DNA of 59,052 nucleotides, filler included, from Sphacelaria rigidula (GCA_964200075.2; 7 parts of 7 records of this genome joined end to end with filler, not necessarily neighbours in it); one strand, 5' to 3'; shown: positions 1 to 12,237, counted from the whole stretch's first letter. Translations and numbers: made by a program. The notes: a model not told the origin generated them from the letters alone.

Positions 1-198
1 GAAAGCCTGAGAACGTGAGTAAACAAAGTAGTCGACTGGGTTTGTGTGATGTGAGTTGACGCGGTGCGGTAGTGCGGACCCAATCCGCGGGACCAAAATG
101 AAAGGCACGCACCGGGGGAAAGATGGGTCGATCCCTTGACATCACGGGCGCATCCCGAGGAAGGGAAAGGGTTCAAAGTGTGAGGAAAAAAAAAAAAA
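1..198 (+). mobile_element. tRNA-derived SINE, 3' part with poly(A) tail (5' end cut by contig edge)
   Basis: Body GCGGTGCGGTAGTGCGGACCCAATCCG..ACCAAAATG..ACCGGGGG..GATGGGTCGATCCCTTGA matches the copy at 36093-36416 that has a tRNA-like head; ends in an A run. Confidence 0.7.
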
Positions 199-214
199 GT
201 GCACGCGCCGCCAT

Positions 215-520
215 GCTCTTATTATAAGCTTCGGCTCTCGAGATGAAACCTTAGTCTCGAGGGATCAATCTATTTGTACCCCGGTGAGATACATCTTCGG
301 CGTTTTGGTATCATCACGGATTGCATCAGCACTCCCGCAGCGCTTCGACGTTTGTCAAGTTGTCTCTGGCTTCTCGTACTCCCGTCATGTTTTCAACGAC
401 GGAAATGTCCGATTTTCTCTTGAAGAACACGGACACATAAAAGGTGTATGGGTAAGGATCGAACCCCCGTGCTCCGCCGTAACTGATCTAATGATTTTTA
501 AGCGCTGGACCACGGGGGCG
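215..520 (-). mobile_element. tRNA-derived SINE, diverged full-length copy, tail-to-tail with 1-198
   Basis: Minus strand begins CGCCCCCGTGGTCCAGCGC (A-box-like) ... GGGGGTTCGATCCT (B box), then the core GCGCTGCGGGAGTGCTGATGCAATCCG..CACCGGGG..GATTGATCCCTCGA. Confidence 0.65.
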
Positions 521-3500
521 TGGCGCCATAGTGTTTGTAAAAAAAGGTTGGCAGCCTGCACGCACGAGGAGCGTGAACCCCTTCACCCTCAGCTCGATGA
601 GCTCTCCTGTGAAAACGGCAGCAACTAGTCGCGTGACCCTGCGCTTACAGCAGACCGGCCAATCGTACTAATCAGTAACAACTCCTCCCGCAAATTGTCG
701 TTCTCTGCGCCTCTGCCCGGTATGTTTCATCATTCCGTAAACAGTCATCGGAAGTCTTGGACACGCCCGCTCCCGCCGCGCCGGTTGAGGTGAGTGGTTC
801 CGCGCGAATCCCCTCCTCGAAGAAATAGTGATCCAGTGTTTTATACTGAGCTGTTTTTCGTGGTGGTCGTTGTACACGTGATGATCGTTTTGTTATCTAA
901 TAAGCGAGTAAAAATGTGCGTGAAAAATATCTGTGTACCTGAAAAAAACGGAATATATATATATGAAATGATGCCAAACGCGGGTACGGTGAAGCGTGAC
1001 CGGTGTTGTGATTCTTGGATGCCTGATTCACGTGAGATGAGCGTTAACAGTGCAGAAATTTGCTGTCGTTCTGCACTTATTGATGAGGGAAAGCCCGCGT
1101 GTGCACAGCGGGTTTTCACTCTATTCGTGCCTTTCTATCGCAGAAAATTGTGTCGCCCTCAACACCGCAGAGTAACATCACAAAAGCGGTAACTGTGGAT
1201 ACCACCACATTACAAGATGAGAATTCCGACACGTGTCCATCGAGCGCTAAACACTTTTACGTCGACGGAATTCACTATGGTCGTGTGTGCTTGTTGTGTT
1301 TTGATGAGCACTGGACCACTCACGCCATGGCTTACAACACCACGCTTTTCTTGAAGTATATGCTAGAACTTGCTCGTGTGATATATAAATGACCTGTTGT
1401 ATATGGTCTACTGTAAACTACTCGACACGTGCTGGGAAAAATTATTGACAACCTGGTGAATTTGTTTTGGTTGCAGGAGAGGAGTGATTTCCCCCCCCCC
1501 CTCCCCGAAAGTCATGATCGTTCAGCAGGACCATTTAGTACGAAGGATATGGTGGGCGCTGTAGCAGATCGACGTTTACCCGATTCCGGATAAGGTGCAT
1601 CTCGATGACCCACAACGCGTAAACCCGCGCGGTCTGTTGCATTGTGCTCTCCATGAGCTGTTTTTTCCCCCCGAGAAAACGCATTTTCGACATCCTTCAA
1701 GGAAGCTCTGAAGTGTCGACTTCGCTGAAAATATCATGTATTGTGGTTCGTGCGTATCCACCGTGGAGTTCAGCCAAAATGTTCAGTGCTTACGCCCGAA
1801 CGATGCCTTTCCGGAGGTCGCCGCGGCCTTGATATTGCTACATCGCAGTGAGGGTGAACATGTGCTCGATCAGTGGTTTCTGACGCCCCTAGAGTCTAGT
1901 CGAATTAATGACGGCTTTTCAGCAAGAGCTTGAAAACATATCAGCGCGCGCGAGGGGGGTGGGGGTGATCCGTGGTCGCGGGCATGCTAGCGTCCGGGGT
2001 GCAGGAGTGCCAAAACTGATGCCGACAGTAAAGAGGGACTAAACAACAAAGACGTGGAGAGGCTGAATCTCGGCCTTTGAAGGATGAATACACACAATGC
2101 AATGTGTGTGATACTGCTGCTACTGTTGCGTTTTAGGCGTTGAGCAGAGAGGTCCTTGCTGTATACAAAAGATGTGCATAGGCTCTTGATGACGAGCGGG
2201 ATTCGACAATATGCAATCAAACGTGAAATACATGAGTCATTAGAATAAGCGCGGTGACGGATCCACTTATTCTTGAAGCTATCACTACTGCAGACCACCA
2301 AATACGTGCACCAGTTTGAGGGGATGGCCGATGCCAGCACTGCACCGGATGGTGATGAGTCGGCTGGTGAAGTAAGAGTGTCGCAGGCAGTGCAGGAAGG
2401 CTTCGAAGTCTGGGATACCATCATGTAAATGGTCGATTGAAGATGATCTCATACCCTCCAAAAGTGAGCGTGGGCGTACGAGACAGGCGAGAAAGCGGTT
2501 CTCTTCAGATGTGTCACGGCCCCCAGCCCAAGTAGGTGGTGTTGCGGGTAGGGGTATGGGTTATGGCACCTGGCGGGCCTCTCCTCATCACCTCGTTTAC
2601 AAATGCATCAATATATTGTAGTGTGGGGTATTGCTCACGTACCAACCGGGGAGAGAATGATATGGTACTGATCTGCTCCGCGCGCGCAGTGGGGGACTCC
2701 GGACCGTAAGTGGATGTTCGAAGACTCATCGTGCGGGGCTAGTGAATCTCTCTCGTGCAAACAACTACCGCCATATCTGAGGCGTCCCTCGACCTACATA
2801 GCGCACATTGACACAAGCAGTCTTTTTGCAACATATACGCGTTTTTTTTTTTCTCAAAGAAGCACCCTCCAAAAATGATGAGTAGGGGTTCCTCGTATTC
2901 AGTGCTGACCTATCCCTGTGTCGTGAAGGTATTTTTTGTCACTGGTGGATATGACGTGAACACGTGGGGCACTACTCGAATGCACTCCGCACTTGAGGCC
3001 ACGTTACCGTGGCAAAGATCCCGCACAGGCGTGGATTCACAACCAACCGAAGCACATGGCAGCGGCTGCTATAGTCCCGAGGCGGCGGGATGCAACAGAA
3101 AGCCTCTGCATGTAGGATATTCCTCCTTCCGCTGGTAGCGTCACACATCAAGGAGTGACGACGTTAGACAATCCGAAGTCGTGAGCTTTTCGCCCTTGAT
3201 CTTCTTGCACATCCCTGGAAATCTTCTCCTTCAAGATATTCTGTAGATTACTTGCGGCGGAACTGGTTCTTTCGCCATTGCAGCCCCCTTTTCATAGAAT
3301 GGTGGTGTGCTGTAGTTCTCGACTACGGGTAGATAGCCGCGCAATATTCCTGCATGTCGGCGGATGGAGTTGGACGCGAAGCGCATGAACAGCAATCAGG
3401 ACATCACACCATGCGTCGGCCAGCTCAACTTTTTGCGCTAATGATTCATCTATCTTCCTCTGCATGCGCGCGTTGTCGTCATTCATTCATGAGTTCTTCA

Positions 3501-3574
3501 CATTGAACACAGTTTCCATTTTTTCCCTGGATTTTTCCCGTCTGACCTGTATCGATGCGATTCCACTCCACCAG

Positions 3575-5326
3575 GAGGCGACACCGGAGCCGCTAAAAGC
3601 GGCTGACTCCACCCCTGAGCCGACCCCGAAGACAACCCCAAAACCGACCTCGGAACCGACAGCAAAACGCACGTCCGAGGAGACCCCCGAGCCCACCGGA
3701 GAACCCACCTCGCCACCGGCAGCAAAACGGTCGTCGGAAGAGATCCCTGAACCGACCTCGGAACCGGCGACGAAAAAGGAATCGGAACAAACCCCGGAAC
3801 CGACCCTAGTACCGACGCCCGAGTCGGCGACAAAACGAAAATCGAAACAGGCCCCGGAACCTACCGCAGAACCGACTGCAGAGTCGACACAAAAGCGGAC
3901 TTCGGAAAAGACGCCGAAACCGACTCCAGAGCCGACGACCGAACCGGCACGGAAACGGACATCGAAGCAGACCCCGGAACCTACCGCAGAACCGACTGCA
4001 GAGTCGACACGAAAGCGGACTTCGGAGGAGACACCGGAACCGACTCCAGAGCCGACGCCCGAACCGGCACGGAAACGGACATCGAAGCAGACCCCGGAAC
4101 CTACCGCACAACCGACTGCAGAGTCAACACGAAAGCGGACTTCGGAGGAGACACCGGAACCGACTTCAGAGCCGACGCCCGAACCGGCACGGAAACGGAC
4201 ATCGAAGCAGACCCCGGAACCTACCGCAGAACCGACTGCAGAGTCAACACGAAAGCGGACTTCGGAGGAGACACCGGAACCGACTGCAGAGTCAACACGA
4301 AAGCGGACTTCGGAGGAGACGCCGGAACCGACTTCAGAGCCGACGCCCGAACCGGCACGGAAACGGACATCGGAACAGACCCCGGAACCTACCACAGAGG
4401 CAACTACAGAACGGGCAGGGAAATCGACATCAACACAGACTCCTGAACCGACCTCAGAAGGAACCATTGAATCATCCTCCGAACCGGCAGCGAAACAGAT
4501 ATCGAAGCAGACCCCGGAACCGACCCCAGAGTCGACGCCTGAACCGGCGGGAAAACAAACATCGGAACAGGCCCCCGAACCGACCTCAAAAGGGACCTCT
4601 GAGCCAAGCTCCAAAGCGGCAGGAGAACGGAGATCGACACAGGCCCCGGATTCGAGCCCGGAACCGGCAGGAGAACGGACATCGGAGCAGGCCTCAAAAC
4701 CGACGCCCGAACCGACGCCCGGACCGACAGCACGACAGACCTCGAAAGAGACATCAAAACCCACCTCGAAGTCAATTCCAAATCCGCGGGCAACACCCCC
4801 AGAGCCGACCTCTGAACCGCCTTTGCAGCCGACATTGAGACCTACTACCAAACCCACACCGAAACCGACCCCGGAACCTACCCCGGAACCGACGCCAAAA
4901 CCAACCCCAAAGCCAACCCCGAAACCAACCCCAAAGCCAACCCCGGAACCGACGCCAAAACCAACCCCAAAGCCAACCCCGAAACCAACCCCGAAACCAA
5001 CCCCGGAACCGACGCCAGAACCAACCCCAAAGCCAACCCCGAAACCAACCCCGGAACCGACGCCAAAACCAACCCCAAAGCCAACCCCGAAACCAACCCC
5101 AAAACCAACCTCACAACCAACTCCTGAACCAACCCCAAAGCCGACTCAAGAACTCGCCCCGAAACGGACGCCGCAACCAACTTTTGGTCCCACCCCTGAG
5201 CCCACCCCCAAACCCACGCCGGAACCGAGCCCAGAACAGTCGGAGCAAACTGGAGAAAAAACCTCGGGAGGAACCCGAGGTGTGACGCCACTGAAGACTC
5301 CTGACTTGACCCCTGGAACGACCGAG
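3575..5326 (+). CDS. Internal exon (584 codons) of a Pro/Thr/Glu/Lys-rich repeat protein (mucin/cell-wall-like)
   Basis: Stop-free ORF. Acceptor ccactccaccag|GAG at 3574/3575 and donor GAG|gtgtgt at 5326/5327, both phase 0. About 20-aa TPEPTxEPTxExxRKRTS repeats followed by (PTPK/PTPE)n. Confidence 0.8.
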
Positions 5327-5936
5327 GTGTGTTGACCCAGTTACTTGGACATTACTCTCGATGGACATTGGAAAAAAGGTGTCAGTGTTGCACACAACGA
5401 TCGCTTCCCTTTCTGCGGTCGATACTCGACTCCATAGCATGGCAGTCGAGTTCCCATACAAACTACTTTGCCGCTGACTGCACATTTTTCTGGAAAACCC
5501 TCATGAAGTTATTCGTAACCTGACCTGTACGGGTCGCTGCGTACTCAGAAAGTCAGAAATCGTGTTCGAGAAGCAGTGAAAACAATTTCTGATGGCGAAG
5601 GTGCCTCTGTTGAGTGTCGTCAACGAGGCCGGCTCTTCGTCCCCCACTCTTGACGTGCATGTGCTGGTCATGCTGGACACGCCCCATCGGTGCTCATATA
5701 GTACCCTCAGTTGCTCGAACGCACCGCGCAATGAACAAATTTTGGCTTCTTCGAGCTCAGTCACTGAAATATTAAGCCCATATATCGACGCTTTCCTTCT
5801 GTGCGTTTTCCGGATTATTTCTCCATCACGCGGCCGGGACAGCGATAAATGGCACTGCTAATTTTGTTCATTTTTCGGAACATCCTCGTAATTTTTGCCC
5901 TGTTTCGCCCTTGGTTTTGCTTCGTCGTTTATACAG

Positions 5937-8351
5937 TCTACACAAGCCCCTGTCCCAGCTGATCTCGACCTGAGGCCCGTAGGACCGAGACCCACCCCAG
6001 TGGAGTCGCCAGCACCTGTAGCAGCCGACCCAGCGCTAGCTCCAGAAGAGTTCCCAGGATCTTCACCAGTTGAAGTTACACCAGCTTCAGGTATTGTTGA
6101 GCCCGAGGAGCGCGCAACAGCTTTCGATGCGGATGAGGCCGCGGCTTCCGGTGCGAATGAGGATGATGTAGAGGGCACAGCAGCTCCTCCAGTTGAGCCC
6201 GAGGATCCAACACCGGCTCCGGCAGCGTCGCCCGCCCCTACGAAAGCTGAGCCTGAGAATCCAACGCCGGCTCCGGCGGCGTCGCCGGCCCCTACTGGAG
6301 CTGAGCCCGAGGATCCAACGCCAGCTCCGGCGGCGTCGCCGGCCCCTACGGAAGCTGAGCCCGACGATCCAACGCCGGCTCCGGCGGCGTCGCCGGCCCC
6401 TACGGAAGCTGAGCCCGAGGATCCAACGCCGGCTCCGGCGGCGTCGCCGGCCCCTACGGAAGCCGAGTCCGCCGATCCAACGCCGGCTCCAGCAACGTCG
6501 CCGGCCCCTACGGAAGCTGAGCCCGAGGATCCAACGCCGGCTCCGGCGGCGTCGCCGGCCCCTACGGAAGCTGAGTCCGCCGATCCAACGCCGGCTCCAG
6601 CAACGTCGCCGGCCCCTACGGAAGCCGAGTCCGCCGATCCAACGCCGGCTCCGGCGACATCGCCGGCCCCTACGGAAGCTGAGCTCGAGGATCCAACGCC
6701 GGCTCCGGCGGCGTCTCCGGCCCTTACGGAGGCTGAGTCCGCCGATCCAACGCCGGCTCCTACGAGAGGAGCTGAGCCCGAGGATCCAACGCCGGCTCCA
6801 GCAACGTCGCCGGCCCCGACGGAAGCTGAGTCCGAGGATCCAACGCCGGCTCCGGCGGCGTCTCCGGCACCTACGGAAGCCGAGTCCGCCGATCCAACGC
6901 TGGCTCCGGCGGCGTCTCCGGCCCCTACGGAAGCTGAGTCCACCGATCCAACGCCGGCTCCGGCGGCGTCGCCGGCCCCTACGGAAGGAGCTGAGCCCGA
7001 GGATCCAACGGCGTCTCTGACGGCGTCTCCGGCCCCTACGGAAGCTGAGTCCGAGGATCCATTACCGGCTCCGCGAGCGCCTCCGGCGGCGTCTCCGGCC
7101 CCTACGGCAGCCGAGTCCGCCGATCCAACGCCGGCTCCGGCGACGTCGCCGACCCCTACGGAAGCTGAGCCCGAGGATCCAACGCCGGCTCCGGCGGCGT
7201 CACCAGCCCCTACGGCAGCCGAGTCCGCCGATCCAACGCCGTCTTTGGCGGCGTCGCCGGCTCCCACGGAAGCTCAATCAAAGGATCCAACGCCGGCTCC
7301 GGCGGCGTCTCCAGCCCCTACGGCAGCCGAGTCCACCGATCCAACGCCGGCTCCGGCAGCGTCGCCGGCCCCTACGGAAGGAGCTGAGCCCGAGGATCCA
7401 ACGCCGGCTCCAGTGGTGTCGCCGGCCCCTACGGAAGCCGAGTCCGAGGACCCAACGCCGGCTCCAGCAGCGTCACCGGCCCCTACGGAAGGAGCTGAGC
7501 CCGAGGATCCAACGCCGGCTCCCGCAGCGTCACCGGCCCCTACGGAAGCTAAGTCTGCAGATCCAACGCCGGCTCCGGCAGCGTCGCCAGCCCCGACAGA
7601 AGCTGAGTCCGCAGATCCAACGCCGGCTGCAGTGGCGTCGCCAGCCCCCACGGAAGCCGAGTCCCCAGATCCAACGCCGGCTCCGGCAACGTCGCCAGCC
7701 CCTACGGCAGCTGAGTCCGGTGATCCAACGCCGGCTCCGGCGGCGTCGCCGGCCCCTACGGAAGCCGAGTCCGAGGATTCAACGCCGGCACCGGCGGCGT
7801 CGCCAGCCCCTATGAAAGCAGTGTCCCCCGATCCAACGCCGGCTCCGGTGGCATCACCGGCCCCTACGGCAGCTGAGTCCACAGATCCAACGCCGGCTCT
7901 GGCAGCATCACCGGACCCTACGGCAGCTGTGTCTGAGGATCCAACGCCGGCTCCAGCGGCGTCGCCGGCCCCGACGGAAGCCGAGTCCGAGGATCCAACG
8001 CCGGCCCCTACGGCAGCTGAGTCCGCTGATCCAACGCCGGCTCCGGCGGCGTCGCCGGCCCCAACGGAAGGAGCTGAGCCCGAGGACCTAACGCCGGCTC
8101 CAGTGGCGTCACCGGCCCCGACGGAAGCTGAGTCCAAGGACCAAACGCCGGCTCCGGCAGCGTCTCCGGCCCCTACGCAAGTTGAGTCCACCGATCCAAT
8201 GCCGGCTCCGGCGGCGTCGCCGGCCCCTACGGAAGGAGCTGAGCCCGAGGATCCAACGCCGGCTCCAGTGGCGTCGCCGGCCCCTACGGAAGCCGAGTCC
8301 GAGGATCCAACGCCGGCTCCGGCAGCCTCACCGGCCCCTACGGAAGCTGAG
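5937..8351 (+). CDS. Next exon of the same protein: acidic 18-aa repeats EAEPEDPTPAPAASPAPT (AGP/mucin-like), truncated by contig end
   Basis: Pyrimidine tract plus atacag|TCT at 5936/5937, phase 0 matching the upstream donor (610-bp intron, CTAAT branch-like site near 5857). The 54-bp tandem units keep frame; indels are multiples of 3. Confidence 0.85.
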
Positions 8352-8451
8352 NNNNNNNNNNNNNNNNNNNNNNNNNNNNNNNNNNNNNNNNNNNNTTAAT
8401 TAATTAANNNNNNNNNNNNNNNNNNNNNNNNNNNNNNNNNNNNNNNNNNNN
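8352..8451. other. Artificial 100-nt linker (N-TTAATTAATTAA-N); also at 16803-16902, 25254-25353, 33704-33803, 42154-42253 and 50604-50703
   Basis: Identical linkers with stops in all six frames; the intervening piece lengths are non-increasing from 8351 to 8349. Confidence 0.97.
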
Positions 8452-8520
8452 CGCCCACATATCCCGAAAAGGGTAGACTGGCGCCCAGAATAAATGGGAC
8501 GTCAACACACACACACACAT
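8452..8520 (+). mobile_element. Retroelement-like 3' end with AATAAA and (CA)n tail; second copy at 33804-33886
   Basis: GGCGCCCAGAATAAATGGGACG.CAACACACAC is shared by two contig starts. Confidence 0.6.
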
Positions 8521-8802
8521 ACTTTGCCGGCCAAACCTGAGTCGTGCTGCACCATTCCACATAGCCCCTACTCGTGGTCCCCCACGGCCCTGGTCGACTC
8601 GACAATCGTGCGGCTCCCCCTCAAACTGCTACTAACTGAGAGGAGAGCATGACGTTTAAGGTGGTTACCCACAGAAAACGTAAAAGGGTGGAATAAATGC
8701 GAAATAATCTGTCGATACATTGCAGGTCGTCCTCAGAACAAACTTTCGCAACGAAACGTGAGTATTATACGCGATGCCAAGAACCCTCGTTGTGCGGATC
8801 AC

Positions 8803-8892
8803 CTCGTCATGGTAGTCGGTGAGATATACTCGACGCGCTACGCGTGCAGCCACTAGCCCCGCCAACCCTGGTCCCGCGCCGAGCTCCAACAC
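8803..8892 (-). CDS. METTL22: METTL22 exon 2 (SAM-binding motif I): VLELGAGPGLAGLVAARVARRVYLTDYHDE
   Basis: Canonical family-16 methyltransferase motif VLELGAGxG..TD; cag| acceptor and |gtgatc donor; 90 nt, phase 0/0. Confidence 0.9.
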
Positions 8893-9117
8893 CTGAACAA
8901 GAACGGGGGAAGGGTCATTGGCATGCTTGATAGGGTTACACGATTTCAACGGAGAGAAAATAAGCCTCAAGACGAAATATCGAGCAGGTTTAGCTGAGTT
9001 CCGACAAACATTGCGTCATACTCAAGGGTGGACACAAGTGGAATGTCTGGATTGACTTCAAATAACAAGATCCGGGGAGAACACCACAACCATCCGTCTA
9101 CGCGTATCTGAAGATAC

Positions 9118-9408
9118 ATTTCCTTTTCGTCGTTTTTTCCACAGCTTCAGTTCCTCAGGACGATCCCGCAGTGCTAAGTGATCAAACCATCTCGCATTAC
9201 ATGCCTGATATTTTTGTGTTGCAGTGTGAATCAGTGCTCCTGCACCGCACGACTCACTTCAAGTTTTCTCTGCCACTTACGCCCTCACACGTTCAACGAC
9301 AAGATAACTCATTTTGCTCCAACAGATAAAAAAAATCCATGTCGGGAGTCAAACCGGGGACGTTACGCTTTGACTGACGTTTGGTGTACCAGCTGGACCA
9401 CCCTGGCG
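9118..9408 (-). mobile_element. tRNA-derived SINE in METTL22 intron 1
   Basis: Minus strand has GGTGGTCCAGCTGG (A box), GGTTTGACTCCC (B box), the core GTGCGGTGCAGGAGCACTGA..GAGATGGTTTGATCACTTAG and an A-rich end. Confidence 0.65.
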
Positions 9409-9586
9409 TGACGGCTGTAGGAGGGGTAAATTACCACAAGTACCTGCCGCCGAGGATCCATCACCTTGTTACATCGGCGACAAAGGTCTCCTCTAATAAG
9501 CTCTGATCGTCACAGGAAATACATGAAAAGGCTCATAAGATGAGGTGCGCGCAGGCGCGTGTGCGTGCGCGCGCGGGGGGGGGGGG

Positions 9587-10108
9587 ATACTCATGATATA
9601 GCATGCCGTAGTCATCAGATCATTGACCTTACGTTCCCATTGAGCCGGGACGGAGCATGCCGGGTTTTCGCCGGGCCAGGCTCGCAGACAATCACCAAGT
9701 GCGAAACGCCATGATGTGTTCGGCGAGTCGCAGGAGGGGTGAGCTGCATCCCGCTAAGATTGTTCGGCACGAAGTGTACTGATTATCTTGCATATAGATG
9801 ACAGCCTCCAATGGGTTGCTTGATTTTCTGCTATCGCCTTTCCCAGGGACAGCAGTGGGCTGCACTGCCTCATGGGTGTCCCACCATACAGAACTGCGTA
9901 GTACGATCATTCCCTTTGCGCGGAGTTGAGGTTCTCCACCCCGAATTATATGATCCCACTCGACCACCATCAAAATAACCACAACAAAAACGCAATTGAG
10001 AAAAAAACCGGTAACCTGGTTGCCTAGCTTACGCAGCGAGTGGTGTGATTTATAGCGTCGTTGCCAATCGACGCCGACCCATAAAGGGAGGATGAGGCGC
10101 GAAATAAG
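9587..10108 (-). mobile_element. 5'-truncated poly(C)-ended non-LTR retroelement, family D
   Basis: Homologous to about 41225-41695, 28326-28679, 42075-42153 and 58980-59052. Ends ..ATGAGTAT+C run on the minus strand; flanking direct repeat GCGCGCGGG at 9569-9577 and 10109-10117. Confidence 0.7.
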
Positions 10109-10736
10109 GCGCGCGGGAGAGGGGTTGGCTTGGATACTACCCTAAGGGGTAAAGTAACACAAGGTTCAGTCACCTCATGTGCCGGTGTGTTGCTCTCGTT
10201 GTTCTGGGCTCCAATGTCACTAGAAATTCTTTTTTTCTTGAATATTAAAGTGCATGTCAAATCTGTTTGTTCACGGGAAAAATTAGCGCAAGTCATCTCG
10301 CACGATACTGTGACTCCATCGACCCCTCGCCGATAACACAGTAGTTTCGACCTGTTCTTTTGCGGCTTTTATTCCCACCTCTTGTCATTGAACGGACGAT
10401 TCTGCACGTTAATCGCTGTGCCGCTTAACTATCAACGACGCATCGTGGAGAAGACGGAGGAGTGCTAATGTAAGCACGACCTCCGATGGTATTTCACTCT
10501 CCTACACGGCAAAACGCGACTTAGAAGGGCTCTGCCTAGCCCATCAATATGAATACCTCTGTGACTGTGAAGGGCCCTATGGTGTATAAATACCGTACTG
10601 TAAGTTCCTGGTGGCGTATGTGAGTGCTTGTATTGGTTTGCGCGCTCGGTGGAACGAAAGGGGGGACCTCGGGAACAGCTCGAGTACTGAGGAGGGCAAT
10701 GTATTTCAGCTGAGATGGCATGGCTCTGGAGTAATA

Positions 10737-12237
10737 CAGGCTGGTTCACGCTTATCACCCAAAAATGTATCATCAGCAAATGCCTTTCGCAATACCCACC
10801 CAATAGTCACAAACATGATATCATACTAACCGTCATGGACAGCTGAAGAGCATGGCATAGTCGGATTTGTGTGTAAGGCCATAGTGGTAGCACTAAGGGC
10901 GAAATGTACATCGACCAATCAGCGCCCGTCACGTTGTTCCGAGATCAAAANNNNNNNNNNCCCAACTTTCACCCAATCTCCACATGCTTCAAATCGTTGT
11001 AACCGCCATCGGCTCGGGAATCTAACGAAAAAAACATATTTTCAAACGATTACTACGGGGGTCGAATTATACCCGAAACCGTGATGTTCCGGCGATGTCG
11101 AGTGTTGTCTTCTAATTTTGACTAATGATACGCACGAAAGACCAAGGGAGCCTCGTGACGGTGTCCCCTATATCTTTCGTAGAAAAGCTCAGATCGCCCT
11201 CAAACTTGGCATTTCCGTAGGTATTGATAATCCAGATGGAAAAATTGTACTCTTGACAATATTTCATGATTACTCCGTTCTTTACCGGCTTCCGGGGGTC
11301 CCAGAATGAAGACCCCGGAAGGCGGCACAGAATGCCCCAAAAGAAAAACAATGAAATGATGCGTCCCGGGATAGTCCAGGGAACACATGTAAAACGTTTG
11401 GTCGAGAAATAAGAAAACGTCATACAGTTTTTGTTGCCTTGACGTAACATTCACCAAAAAATACGTTTCCATACTAAAACGAAGTAGTCAGGAGTTGCAC
11501 ATTTCAAGCCCACCTCCTCCACAAACGCGCAAATCTCCACGCCGTTATTAGAAGTTAGACGCTGAAATTTTGCACAAATATGCCATGTGCCATCACGCAA
11601 CTTTCTTTGAACGAGGTTTTTGTACTTCTTGAGTTTTTCACCGTTTTTCGGGGGTCCGACGGGATCCAAGTCGTTTTTCGAAGTAGTCTCCATCCTGCAA
11701 CCCCAGGAAACCGGCACTACGATATATATTTTTGATTTTTTCGCGCACGATTCTTCGCCGCATTACACAAGGAAGGGCCCCACAAAAATTTGTCGCAAAA
11801 ATCGATCAACTGATGCTTGAATTTTCATGTTCACGTCAGAGAAGGCCCAAAAACGCCTTTTTGGTATAAAAATGAAATGGTTTGCGGTTTCACTGCGGTA
11901 CGCCAAGGTTTATCGCACAAAAGCGAATAACCCCACGCCATTTTAAGGAAATAGCCCCTGAAATTTTGCACATCTATTCTATGGGTGATTGCGCAACTTT
12001 GGAATAACGAGTTTTTTTCACCGCTGTACGGGGGTCCGATTGGATCGATGTTTTCCCGAAAAAATGGGCACCCCCGGAAAACGGTGAAAAATTCAAGGAG
12101 TAAAAAAGAACTCGTTCTTCGAAAGTTGCGTAATCACCCATATAACATCTGTGCAAAATTTCAGGGTCTAACTCCTTGAAACGGCGCGAGGTTTTGCCGA
12201 TTCAGTATTTTTTGGGTTATGAGCGTGAACCAGCTCG
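10737..12237. mobile_element. Non-autonomous Tc1/mariner-type DNA element (family B1), complete, about 1.5 kb
   Basis: TA|CAGGCTGGTTCACGCTTATCACCCAAAAA ... TTTTTGGGTTATGAGCGTGAACCAGCTCG|TA; homologous copies at 16903-18170 and 36429-37557 (inverted). Confidence 0.85.

Noticed and set aside
3487-8191. Long antisense and alternate-frame ORFs (GVGS-rich, Arg-rich)
   Set aside because: Shadows of the GC-rich coding tandem repeats; only the Pro/Thr frame has compatible splice sites.
8396-8407. Recurrent palindrome TTAATTAATTAA every about 8.45 kb
   Set aside because: Synthetic six-frame stop linker, not biological.
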